Part shown: positions 38,713 through 49,900 of the stretch, piece by piece
How positions within the stretch are numbered: the stretch's first letter is position 1
Layout: every line of letters begins with the position of its first letter
Assembly (NCBI GenBank): GCA_003427395.1
Contig: BFEA01000030.1
Coordinates: forward strand, 926,418 to 990,417
Length of the DNA: 64,000 nt
Origin: Chara braunii
Lineage: Eukaryota; Plantae; Charophyceae
Direction of reading: 5' to 3'
Notes under the pieces: model-generated
The model's input: the letters and a program-made list of their open reading frames with translations, nothing else
Told to the model about the DNA's origin: nothing
Database searches by the model: none
Position numbers and translations under genes: made by a program

Positions 38713-39086
38713 CTCCTGCCCCGCGCTTCCGTACGTGGGCGTCAATGCTGCCAGGTACAGGTGACGGTCTGCAGCCTGTTCTTCAAGTGAACGGATGCAT
38801 AATTTCACCCATAAGGACAAGGGGGCGGAAGACCACAAAATGTGGCGATGTATACTTCTCTGCCCTAGCGGCAGATTCATTCGATTTTGCTCATCCTATC
38901 GATGGAAGTACCAAGCGTCCATCCCCAAGGTTGGAAACTTACCTGTTGGTCGTCTCGTACCCAATCGTCGAGGTGCCATTGACGAAGTTGACGACTTACC
39001 TGTCTATCGGCGCGTTGCTCGTCCTCAATGGAACTAGTGGGAGCCAGTCACCTGCCAGGTAAGACCCTTTTCCCTCTCTCTCTCTT

Positions 39087-39128
<42 letters not shown>

Positions 39129-40851
39129 ATTAGTCAGACTAGGATGAGGTATTCAAACAAGGATGTAGTGGGCTTATATAGGCAGAAAAAGGTATACCTG
39201 ACCACTCCCTATTTCCAAAACCTCGCCTAGGTTTCGATAGAGCTCCCGCAATCGGTAGGGCAACCTCCCACAAAGGCCTTGGTACGGATTACGGTTTTCA
39301 ATCTCGCCTGTTGCCTTCCTCTCCAAGCCAATGGACTAGACTGAGAATAAGAAGGGCAGAAGGAGAAGAGTTGAAGTACAAGGATGGTGCACTCAGACTC
39401 ACGTAAGAGGGTTTTGATTCCTCGGTGCACTTGAGGGTCTCGCAATGGTGGCCAAGCACACAATAATACCGCCAGATTGAAGTCAAAATGTCGAATATTT
39501 ACCTCCTGACGGTCCTCCAAATCGCAGCAATATCTTGTGTGTAGCATTTGACCACTCCTTCGAGTTGGCATCAATCCCTCCTGTCAAGACGTTGCTACGC
39601 AACCTAAGAAAGACTGCACTCAAAATAAAGCACACTTGTTTGCTCTACCTGAATGCAGACAAATGCGTAGCAGTATGCTGCAGATCTGTGTATTCAACAA
39701 TATACAGCGTTGGCTGTTATCATCAAACCGTATGCATCTGCATCGACACCCCGTGCCACAGCAGCAAACAGCGGCAGATACGATGAGGAAGGTGGCGTCG
39801 TTGTGCAGCAGAAGTAACAGGTCCTCCAAAAAGCAAGTCTGACCATCATAATGCAAACGGAGTTTGCCCACCTCACCGGTGCTGAGTACTCAGACAGTCT
39901 TACCAAAACAAATACCGCAGATGCAGTGCAACAGTGGAGCAGTTGTTCACAACACAAATAATACAACAAGTGTTTAACCCATACAGACAAATCCCCGCGA
40001 TGCACAGTTTCTGCACAGTAACGAGAATCAACTGTCATACTCCTCAATATACATGACACTCAGTAAAATCCGGTCGTCACCAAAGGTACGACAGCAAAAG
40101 ACTTCCTTCTCAGATGTTGTCCTTACTAATTTTTTCTCTCTTACTCCCGCTCTACTCACTAAACCACCATTCTGGTTGCGCCAATGCTCATCTATTTGAC
40201 ACCTCCTCGCACTTCATTCCTCTTCTGACTCTTCTTCTACTTGCTTCCGTCTCATTCCTACTACAGGTCCGGATTCGTCAACCCTCAACCCCCCCACGTA
40301 AACTATTTATTGATTGTGTCGCAACCATGCAGTTTAGAATTGGCTGCATTCGAACAAAATATACCTTCCCGCCTTGCGTTCTAATTGAGGTATATGCAAA
40401 ACGCAGTGGTTTTTAACAAGGAGAAAATACAGCGTTCACAACAGTCATGCCCAATCTGAAGACCTTGCAGCATTGTCCATCAATAGTACGTGGTCATCGC
40501 GGTGACCAAGGTTGAAGCTCAGGTAGCAGCGGCGCAATGATATCAATCAGCAAGTAGCAAGATGACAGGATCTCAGCGCCAGCAACAACTCAACTTACCG
40601 GCGAAGACAGCTTGACAAATAACTTATGCCCAACAACCACCCCTTGATCTTCGACATCAATCGCTCTAGGAGCCTAAACTCAGGATAGCTTGCTAAGGAA
40701 ATTGGTATGATATATTCACACCGACTGTTTTTCGTACTCAAAATAAAGCTACACTAGGCTTTGCTTCCTATGCCCCACGCACCGTCTCTCATTTCACTAC
40801 GTCGTCTTAAGATACCCACGTTGTTTTCGATCAGGCGCACTGCTCCGCGAT

Positions 40852-40901
40852 GCTCCGATTTACTCTAGGTTTCTCAAGTCATTTCACAAAGTGGGGCTAG
40901 A
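40852..40901 (-). pseudogene. Short 25S/28S rRNA-derived fragment (overlapping LSU region)
   Basis: tctcaagtcatttcacaaagt matches LSU antisense over 21 nt, with weaker similarity on both sides. Confidence 0.6.
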
Positions 40902-42139
40902 ACGAGAGGTAGGCAAGAATGAACAGAATGTAAGTACGAGGCCCATGATCTCCATGCCAATACATTCTCTGACCTTCGTATGCAAATCGCCCTGCCTAAC
41001 ACCCCAACACGACCTTCTGTATTTCCTATACAACCCACTCTTTCCCCTTTTGAGCCTCATATGCGCCCGCACACACGTCCTTACCCCGAAGCCCACCATC
41101 ACCGCAAAGAATAGCTCGACAACAAAAATCGAGCTTGACCGTGTGATGTTAGACACTCTCCGAGTGATCCCTCGATAGAGCAAAGGCAAGGAATATGATT
41201 GCAAGGAACAAGAAAGAAAATCACAACTTCGAGCGTTCGTATCACGACCAACGCCATGCCTCCTCTCTCCATATGTGCACAATGAAAGTGAATCTCTCAC
41301 TAAGACTCGGAAAGATACAGCGCAGATTGACCGCCTGCCCCCCCGAGCACCACTGGGTAAACGAAAAGTGAATGAATCTTCTACTAGAATATGAAAAAAT
41401 TCACTCCTTTCCCTGCACGCAGCCCTCACAGCCCATAGCGGCCGAACAAGTGGTCCGATTCAAGATCTGTCATGGCCAATGTGCTCAGAATGCATCAGAA
41501 CCCCACCTTAGTATCTTTCCTCACCAGTTTTCGTTAAGAAACGAGTGAGATGCATTTTTTTCCACCCTGACCATTTCTCTCTTCTCCTCTCAGGACTCCA
41601 TCGCGCACCCCTTTTTTCTTTTACCTCACTTCCTACTCACTTCCGCCTTTGTCTGAGTGCAGAGTCGAAATCACAATGACCAAGGTAACCTCTTCTCGTA
41701 CTCGATTTCATCAAGGATCGGGCCAGATATGGCTTTTCTTCACTTTTGCCATCTCCTCTCCTCCAATACCTTTGCGCACGTCTCTTCGCTCGTAGCACAT
41801 CTCCTACTAACTCTCCCTTTAACCCGACTGTAGATTCGGAGTCGTAAGCCCTGAGAACGCCCGATTTAAGTCTTCACTTGTTCGTTTCCATAGAGAAATG
41901 AACGAGATCAGAACTCTCTCGTCCAACCATGCTCGTTCCCTCCTCCATCCCTGACTTCACCCAGTGCGAAATCACGCCTAGATTCAGTTTCCTTTTACTT
42001 GCCTTTCTCCCCATCGCTAGCTTCTTCCTCACCTGCAAATGGGTATGGCGCGACTTCCCGACAGGGTTCAATTTACGTTGCCGGCGGTATTCCGCTCTCT
42101 CTACTTCGCGGCAAGCCAGAACAACGCATTTCAACGGCC

Positions 42140-42270
42140 AGCAGGTCCGCTGTCTTGAGGGAAGACTCTGAAAGGATCAATTACCAGGCGGTTTGGTTAG
42201 TGTTTCGCCTCTATACCCAAGTGCGACGAACGCTTTGCACGTCAATATTGTAGGGCTCCCCCCCTTAGCG
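42140..42270 (-). pseudogene. Diverged LSU rRNA fragment, antisense (second copy ~42790-42915)
   Basis: cttgagggaag...ttagtgtttcgcctctatacccaagtgcgacgaacgctttgcacgtca vs LSU antisense CCTGAGGGAAAC...TTAGTCTTTCGCCCCTATACCCAAGTCAGACGAACGATTTGCACGTCA. Confidence 0.8.
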
Positions 42271-42299
42271 CCCCTGACGCCAATTGTCATGAGCTATGT

Positions 42300-42513
42300 G
42301 CTAGTCCAGACACCACAAAGGATCTTCCTCGATACAAATAGCAGGGTGGTGGTCGTGGAAGTCGGAATCCGTTGAGGAGTGCCTAACAACTCACCCCCCA
42401 TACTTTGCCAGGCCCGAAAAGGGATGGTGCTGAGCGCGCGTCCTATATTCGACCGCCGTAGCAGCTCGAGCAGCCAGGGCGCAGGCTTGATGCGAGCCTT
42501 GCAGCGTGAGCCT
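42300..42513 (+). pseudogene. Diverged LSU rRNA fragment, sense (GTPase-associated centre region)
   Basis: cagacaccacaaagg...gtggaagtcggaatccgttgaggagtgcctaacaactcacc vs LSU ATGGAAGTCGGAATCCGCTAAGGAGTGTGTAACAACTCACC. Confidence 0.85.
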
Positions 42514-42949
42514 ATTTAAGTCTTCACTCGTCCGTTTCCGTAGACAAACGAATGAGATCAGAGCTCTCTTGTCCCACCATGCTCATTCCCTCCTCCATCC
42601 ATGACTTCACCCGACGCGAAATCACGCGTAGATTCAGTTTACTTTTACTGGCCTTTCTCCCCCTCGCTAGCTTCTTCCTCGCTTCCAAATGCATCTGGTG
42701 CGACTTCCCGACAGGGTTCATTTACGTGGCCAACGGTATTCCGCTCTCTCTGCTTCGCAGCAAGCCACAACAATGCACTTCACCGGCCAGCAGCTCCGCT
42801 GTCTTGAGGGAAGACTCCGAAAGGATCAATTACCAGGCGTTTCGATTAGTGATTCGCCTCTATACCCAAGTCCGACAAACGCTTTGCATGTCAATGTCGC
42901 TGGGTTCTTCCCCGTAGCGGCCCCGACCCCAATTATCATGAACTATGTG

Positions 42950-43260
42950 CTAGTCCAAACACCACAAAGGATGTTGCTCAAGACAAATAGCAGGGTGGTG
43001 GTGGTGGAAGTCGAAATCCGTTGAGGAGTGCCTAACAACTCACCCCCTACACTTTGTCCGCCCCGAAAAGGGGTGGCGCTGAGCCTGCGTCCTATATTCA
43101 GTCGTCGTAGCAGTTCGAGCAGCCAGGGTACGGGCTTGCTGCGAGGCTTGCAGCGTGAGCCTAGCTGAAGCAGGTTCCGTTGCCGGTCTCGATGTTAGTA
43201 GCAAATATTCAAATGAGAATTTTGAAGACCAAAGTGGAAAAGGATTCCTATGGGAACAGG
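42950..43260 (+). pseudogene. Diverged LSU rRNA fragment, sense, longer copy
   Basis: Same block as 42300-42513, continuing to tagtagcaaatattcaaatgagaattttgaagacc, an LSU conserved block. Confidence 0.88.
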
Positions 43261-43289
43261 CGCTGGGACAACCTGCCACACAACCAACA

Positions 43290-43520
43290 CTGCGGTAGCT
43301 CCCCACAGGTGGCCCAAAAGCCCCACCCAGGCATAGTTCACCATCTTGAGGGCTCCTGCGGGCGTGCTCACACTTGAACCTTACACAAAAGACTGTGGGT
43401 GGCAGATTGTACACTTGCGACGACCCCCGCCACCCAGGTTCCCTTCCGCCTCGTGGGCTAATTACCCACTGGCTCGCATGCACGATGAACTCCTCGGTCC
43501 GAGTTTCAAGACAAGCAGGA
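43290..43520 (-). pseudogene. Diverged LSU rRNA fragment, antisense (D3-flanking core)
   Basis: Minus strand gtcttgaaactcggaccgaggag ... aagatggtgaactatgcctg matches LSU GTCTTGAAACACGGACCAAGGAG ... AAGATGGTGAACTATGCCTG. Confidence 0.88.
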
Positions 43521-44391
43521 TAAAGGAATTTTGTCGGCATCCTGAACACGCAGGAACCCATAGGTCAGCCAAAAAGAGGCTCGCACTCAAGGTCCTCGAC
43601 TGCCTCGACGGCACCCAAGTTTCGTGTCATGTCCGATTTAAGGACGGCCAAAGCATAAAGATAAAAAATAACGACGATAAAATAATAAAATATTTAAAAA
43701 CGAATAACGTCGAAAAACGACGGGCGAGGAAAATGAAACCGCTAGTACCTCTCCGGTCCCACTGGTGGCAAAACCAAAAAGGGGGCGAATAGCCCTAACA
43801 GGTCCTTAACCCCTTGGCCTCTTCAAACCGTTTCATTACTCTCGCAGTCGCCCGCTAGCCTCGATCCCTGAATCTCCCAAATAAAAGTCTAACACCGTAA
43901 CCAATAGTGTTAGGCCCAAGGCTGAGTTTAGCACTAGCGGACACCTATATAATCTGGTACCACGCAGCGTGGGGGCTTACCGAACGTTCCAAAGCCACAC
44001 TTCGGCCTATCAACCGAATCCATGGTTGTCAAGCCTCATGCCTACCACGCCTTTATTCCTTCGCATACTCTAACCATTACTCAATGTCACATTGTCGTCG
44101 ATGCTGTCCTTCGCACGAGCGCACATGTCACGGTCAAGCGTACCAGTCAAAAAAATATATCATTTAATTCTTAGTTTAATCAAAAAATGAAATTTAGCTG
44201 GCAACCGCGCCAACTCTTCAATCATCAAGCAGAAAAAAAAAGATCACGTGCGTATTAAATATGTGCGTCCACACACACTCTACCTTTAACCAACCACTCA
44301 GTCAGCGTAATTGAAACATAACCGCGTCGCACGCCACGTCCTTAAATCTCTGAATCAACTATTCCTCTGTCACTTGCAAAAACCAGGGCGG

Positions 44392-44544
44392 ATACCCTTG
44401 TAAGGGTATTCTCACCGACAACGCGCGTCGCTCATCCGAGTGGGGGGTCAACTTTTCCTCGTGCACTCACTGTTAACTATGGGTGCGGCCTCGTAGGGTG
44501 TGATATGCAAAAAGTACGCCAAATACCCTTGTAAGGGTATTTGG
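44392..44544. repeat. Two copies of an 18-bp near-palindrome ATACCCTTGTAAGGGTAT
   Basis: 44392-44409, and extended ccaaatacccttgtaagggtatttgg at 44519-44544. Confidence 0.8.
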
Positions 44545-46046
44545 TACGGCAACATTGAGCTCGATGTCACCTCCCCCGTCGAGTCTGCAATCCTGGATGG
44601 TCTTCGCTTGCTTTTCTAACAAGTAGATTATAGTATTCAAATCTTCGTGCTCAACGATTTTGTTTACTCTTGATATCCCGATAATTGCTAGAATGAGAGC
44701 TCAACATAAGTTGTTTTGTGGTTCAGTGGTTTTATTGTATTGAAGCTTCTTGGCGGTGGTCGAGTTCTTGTTTATGGTTGATTGGCTCTTTCTAGATCAC
44801 GGAATTATGAAAATCGGGTAACTAAATTAGGATTGTCAGTAGTTATTCGTGTAGTTAAGAACGACTGTTGTAATTAGAACTTCTTTGTGATGAATTTAAA
44901 TTTTGATGAATTTTTAAATCACAGGATGTAAGACCAAGGTGAAGGGTTGTCAGGGATTACTCCAAAAGTAAAGAACGAGTGATGTAATTAAAATTCCTTA
45001 GAGATGAATTTAGATATTGAAGTTAATTGTTGTTGATTCTTACTAGGGGTGGTTAGGGTTGTGAAGTCGGTTGTGGAGTTCGCAGTGGGGTGGAATATAG
45101 TGGTAGTTGTAGAGCCCTCAATGTGCTTGGTCGGTGATACCTCGTCCATTGAGGGTCCCACCCAATCTTTGTAAGGTACGCTGGGTCCAGTTCCCGACTT
45201 TTATAAATGTAAAGAGTTTAATCTTTAAAATAAATAAATAAATAATTGGTCGTATTCTAGGCTACCAGAGCGGGCGGGGGTCACTTGCCCAGCCGGGCCA
45301 AACAAAATAAAATAAATAAAATAAAATAATATTTTCTAAGTTTGTTCTTTATTCTAAATTTGGTAAAGAATTTCGATGTGACCCTAAGGCAAAAATTATT
45401 TAATTGATTTTTTTACATAACATAGTTTTTTCTGGATATTTTGGGATTTTTTTTTCTTTTTTGGGACCTTCTCTGGTCCTTGCACCGCAGGCCTGGGTCC
45501 CGGGCGGCCCGATTGGTAGCCTAGGTCGTATTGCAATTATTGACAATTGATTTTTTAACATAATTTTTCGAAAAAAAAAAATCCTAGAATTTTGGAGCCC
45601 CACTAATGGCCACCAATTTATTAAATATAGCGTCCGGTATTATAAACGAATATAACGTCCGGTAGGCGTCGTATTTGTATACAACGTCTAAGCGATATTT
45701 TACAGGGAAGACAGTAGGTTGGACTCCTATCTTTTGTGGCCTGCAGCCCCAACCCCTTCCACATTGGTCGCCCATGGCGCAAATAGCAACCTTGCGAAAA
45801 ATTTTAAGAAGAGATTTGCGTTGCCACTTGTACTCACCCTCGTACGAGTACGGATTCGTACTCTTGTACTCGTACGCTACTTGTAAGCTAGGGGCCCCAT
45901 ACAAGTTTTTTTTTTTTTTTTTTTTGAAATCTGGTATTGTTTTTATGTTTTTTCTCAAATTCTAATAAGAATTTGAAGATGATGCTCAACCAAATCTTGC
46001 TTATTTTGTGTTGTTGCATCACTTTTTTTTTCGAATTTTTTTTTAT

Positions 46047-46091
<45 letters not shown>

Positions 46092-48692
46092 NTAGGACTT
46101 TTTCTTTTTTTCTTTTTTTTTTTCCGTACGGGGACGTACAAGACGTACAGGTTCCCGTACAGATCCCGTACATAAATTACCTGTACGTTTCGTACGGAAA
46201 GCCCCCATACGTGTACTCCATGCGGCGTAGGAAGAGATTGTAATCAGCAGCTAACTGTTGATCTGCTGATTATAATCCAAAATCACATCCCCAAATATTG
46301 CATCTACTGTGTAAATCAATTTTGCATGTAAGGTCATTTCGTCCTTTGCATATCCGGACTCAAGTTCGACTAGTTCAAACTTTGGAGGTCGGACATCAAA
46401 CACCATCATGAAAATGTGCAGTTTTTTTTCCCGTTGAGTTGGGGCGTATCATTTTGGGTGATCCAATACTTGAAACTTGTTTGACTGCCACTTTCTGTCC
46501 AAGGTAATTTTTTTTTCTTCTCCAACACTGTTGTTTTACTTGGATTGTTTGAGGCTGTGAAAGGGGTAAGATGTTTGATATTGGATTCTTTGTTGTATAT
46601 CAGGAATCTTAACCCCTTCGGTGTCTGTCTAAAGATGAGAGGATGAAGTACTTGTTTATTGAAGCTTCGAGTTGATTCTCTGTTGAGGGTGTGACTTTTT
46701 GTTTTCCTTGCCTGCCTCGTTTGTCTCCTTGTTGTGCCACTATTTCCCCCTTTCTCTTTTTTACCCTCTTCTCTCTTGCCCCTTTTTTCTTTTGGTAAGG
46801 AGACATCATCTAAGGAACCTGTTGAGTCATACGAGTTATACAATATCTCTGAGGGGTTATCCTCCTCCTCTTCGTCCGTTTTCTCCTCCGTCTCTTCTTT
46901 GCCCAACTCCCTTTGGACACTCCTCACATGTTCCTCCCCTCCTTTACTAAGGTCTTTTTCTTTACTACATAAATTTTCCACTACTGAGTCTGCCTCCATT
47001 CCACTAGTGCCCATCGACTGCGAGCCTTCTCCCCTTTTTTCGAGGTTCCCCGACTTCTCCACTACCTCTCGCAGTATCTAAAATTTCATATTGTTGAGCT
47101 TCAGGGCATCCACATACCGTTGAGGTTGTTATTGCTTACAAATTTTTCCAACTGCGAAAGTAACACCCGACCTAACGAAAGGGGACGCCTTTGTATTTAA
47201 CCATGAGCGCCATCGACGTCCTACCTACCGGTAGCCGCCCTCCCTTACTGATAAATCGCTTATTCCTTGCCTAAAACAAAGACCGCGTTGGCGGAGATTT
47301 CACAACGGCCTATGGAGTACTCCAAAATTGACTTTTGTTTAACTAATTTGAGCTTATTTATCCTTCTGAAACCTAACTCTAAATTATCTATACCATATTA
47401 TGTTTCCTATATTTGTTTCCAACTGTATGGCGAGCCTCCAGAGGCTCGTTAGAGGCCTTCGTCGGCTCTCTCAAAAGTGGAGAGTCTTGGTATAAGGTAA
47501 CGTATCCTACGCCGCTCTTCCCTGTTCATGTTTTTTTTTTTTTAGTTATAGTTCGAACGACAAAATAAGATTGTTTCCAACTTTGTTTTTTTTTACTCGC
47601 GTTTTTTTTTCTTTTTCAAACTACGAAATAACACCACCCCGAGAGAACTCGGAACTGTGGTCCGTCACATTGCGATGCACCCACTAATGCCGATATCCAA
47701 AATAAAAACTTAGTGGACATATCCTCTCTCAACCCTCGCCCCATATATATACTATCTCTCTCTATCTCTATCTATCTATCTATCTATCTATCTCCCTATC
47801 TATCTATCTATCTATCGAGAGAGAACACTCATATAGTTGACATACCCTCGCTCTCTTCGGATGAAGGTGATCATGGGTCCACGACGAAATGTTAATCTTC
47901 ATCTTCAAATCAATATATTTTTCTTTTTTGTGAGAATTTGAAATCGGCGTGGAGTTTTTTTTTTTTTTTTTTTTGTGAATTCCAAATCGACGCATCTGAA
48001 CCAAAAATAATAAAGTTGGTACATCTTTACTCAATGACCCTCGCTCCACTACTTTTCAAATGTGGAAAAAAATAATACATCATCCCCCATAACATGGAGA
48101 GATGCACCGCCGACGTATTTCGTTTCTCCACTTTGTATGGGCTTCACTTCGTTAATTTTGTCGTGCACAAAGGCGAATAATATGGTCGTATATCTTTTTG
48201 TGTTTACAACGAGGATTCACCTCATTTCCCACATCTGGCAAGTAGTCGAGCAAGACCTAATGTTGATGCATTGCTATTTTTCAGCCTCTAACATCCTGCC
48301 TTGCGCCTGCCCGTTTTCCTTCTTCCGTAAGACCATGCCCGTATTGCCAACGACACGTTATTCAGTCCCACTTAGCGAGCGTCACCCTCTCGCCTGTCAC
48401 ATTCGTAACTCTTAGGAATGTCAAATTTAGGTGGGTGGGGGAGTGGTGGTTTATATTACATTTTATAGATTTGTCCTCCCAACTTCAACTTGCATGGCCC
48501 CATCCCTAACAAAAACTCAATAGTTTTTGATCTCTTGGTAGGTAGGGCATAACATTTCAGCATTCTTGATGCACCATACCTCGCTCCCTGTGATGCATTG
48601 TTGTCGGCAATACAGTATCCTCCAAAAATCTAATGCATTCCGCCGGTACTATACAAATGAGTCGTGAAAGAAGGTAACAACTAAAATTTTCC

Positions 48693-49423
48693 TTAAACCA
48701 CCACTACCTCCCACCCTGTTTTTGTCGACCCTAGATTTCACTGAGTGTCGAGTTTTGCCGAGTTGGGGTCCGATTCAATTTTTTTTTTGGTACTCGTTTG
48801 AAATTAGTTTTTTTCAAAGCGTTCGTTCTATAAAAAAAAAAAAAAAAAAAAAAACCTTCAACGACTCCGTTTGAATCCGAAAGTGAGGGCATTATATCCA
48901 CGTTGTAAGGATCAAAACGGGAGGGTGGAAGAAGAGAAACAACGTTATGTGAGCATGTTTAAACCACGTCGTAAAAATATATTCATCTAAGTAGTAGTAC
49001 GAGTATGCCCTGGATTAACATATTTCAGCTGCGTCGTGAGGATGATAAAATGAGAAAGCAAAAAAAAAAAAAAATGAAACCACACTTTGGGCTACAAAGC
49101 GATAGGATACATTGTGACAAGTGGTAGTGTGAGTGTGCCCTAGGTGAGGGTGTTGTGGCTCCTTGCCTCACTGGCAGGGCACATACAACTAAACAAAAAA
49201 ACGAGAAAAAAACAAGTACAACTACCACTGGAACTAAACAGAATAGTGGCAACTTTTTTTTTCTTCAATGTTTTTTTTTTTTTTCCCTTTTTTTTACAGG
49301 TGGTTACTGGCCCATAATGCCCAAACATGTCATTTTTGCAGAGGCTTTTCTAGACCCCCGAAAAATGCGGTGTGACGTATATTCCTGTTTTTCCCAACAC
49401 TGAGAAAGGTGATGGTGGTTAAA
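48693..49423. mobile_element. TTAA-family MITE variant
   Basis: ttaa-accaccactacct ... aggtgatggtggt-taaa. Confidence 0.5.
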
Positions 49424-49599
49424 CCATTGTTTTTGGGCCTCCTCTACTTTCAGGTCTTCGAATATCATCACCGTTTTATCTTTAATCGCGAACTTGGCCA
49501 GATTTAAGGTGTCTAGGATGAGGAGGCGATCGTAAAACTTCTCAAAAATTTGTTCACCTCCTCGACATCTGATACCCGTTCCTCGGGCGTGTTCATCCC

Positions 49600-49900
49600 C
49601 CCTTCCGCATCCGCTTCGTCATCAGAATCTTCATCCTCCGTCCACCAATTGATTCTCTACATTTGGGTCCTTCCTTTCCCATAGTCATAAAACTGGTTAC
49701 CGAAACCTTTGTGCCCTTCTCCTCTCCCCCTACCTCCTCCCCTTCTCCCTTCACTTATTCTCCCTTTACCTTTTCCTCCCCCTTTGCCACCTCCTCTTCC
49801 TCTCTCTCCATTTCCTTGACCGTATCTTTCATTATTTGCCATAGAAACGAAAAGGAGCATTGGCATTGCTTTATGAGGCCGACTTCCTGGTGATTAGGGA
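49600..49900 (-). mobile_element. Possible decayed gag C-terminus (knuckle remnant plus RGG-rich tract)
   Basis: HQEVGLIKQC followed by GRGGGKGGGKGKGR...GGGRGRG and an acidic stretch. Confidence 0.35.

Larger units (their letters stand above)
41864..43162. repeat. 650-bp diverged tandem duplication built from LSU rRNA-derived pieces
   Basis: Units start atttaagtcttcact at 41864 and 42514 and end cagcgtgagcct. Confidence 0.9.

Noticed and set aside
46406-47062. 218-aa charged ORF (and the 89-aa ORF at 8284-8553) as host genes
   Set aside because: No recognisable domain or splice structure; possibly LINE ORF1 remnants but unsupported
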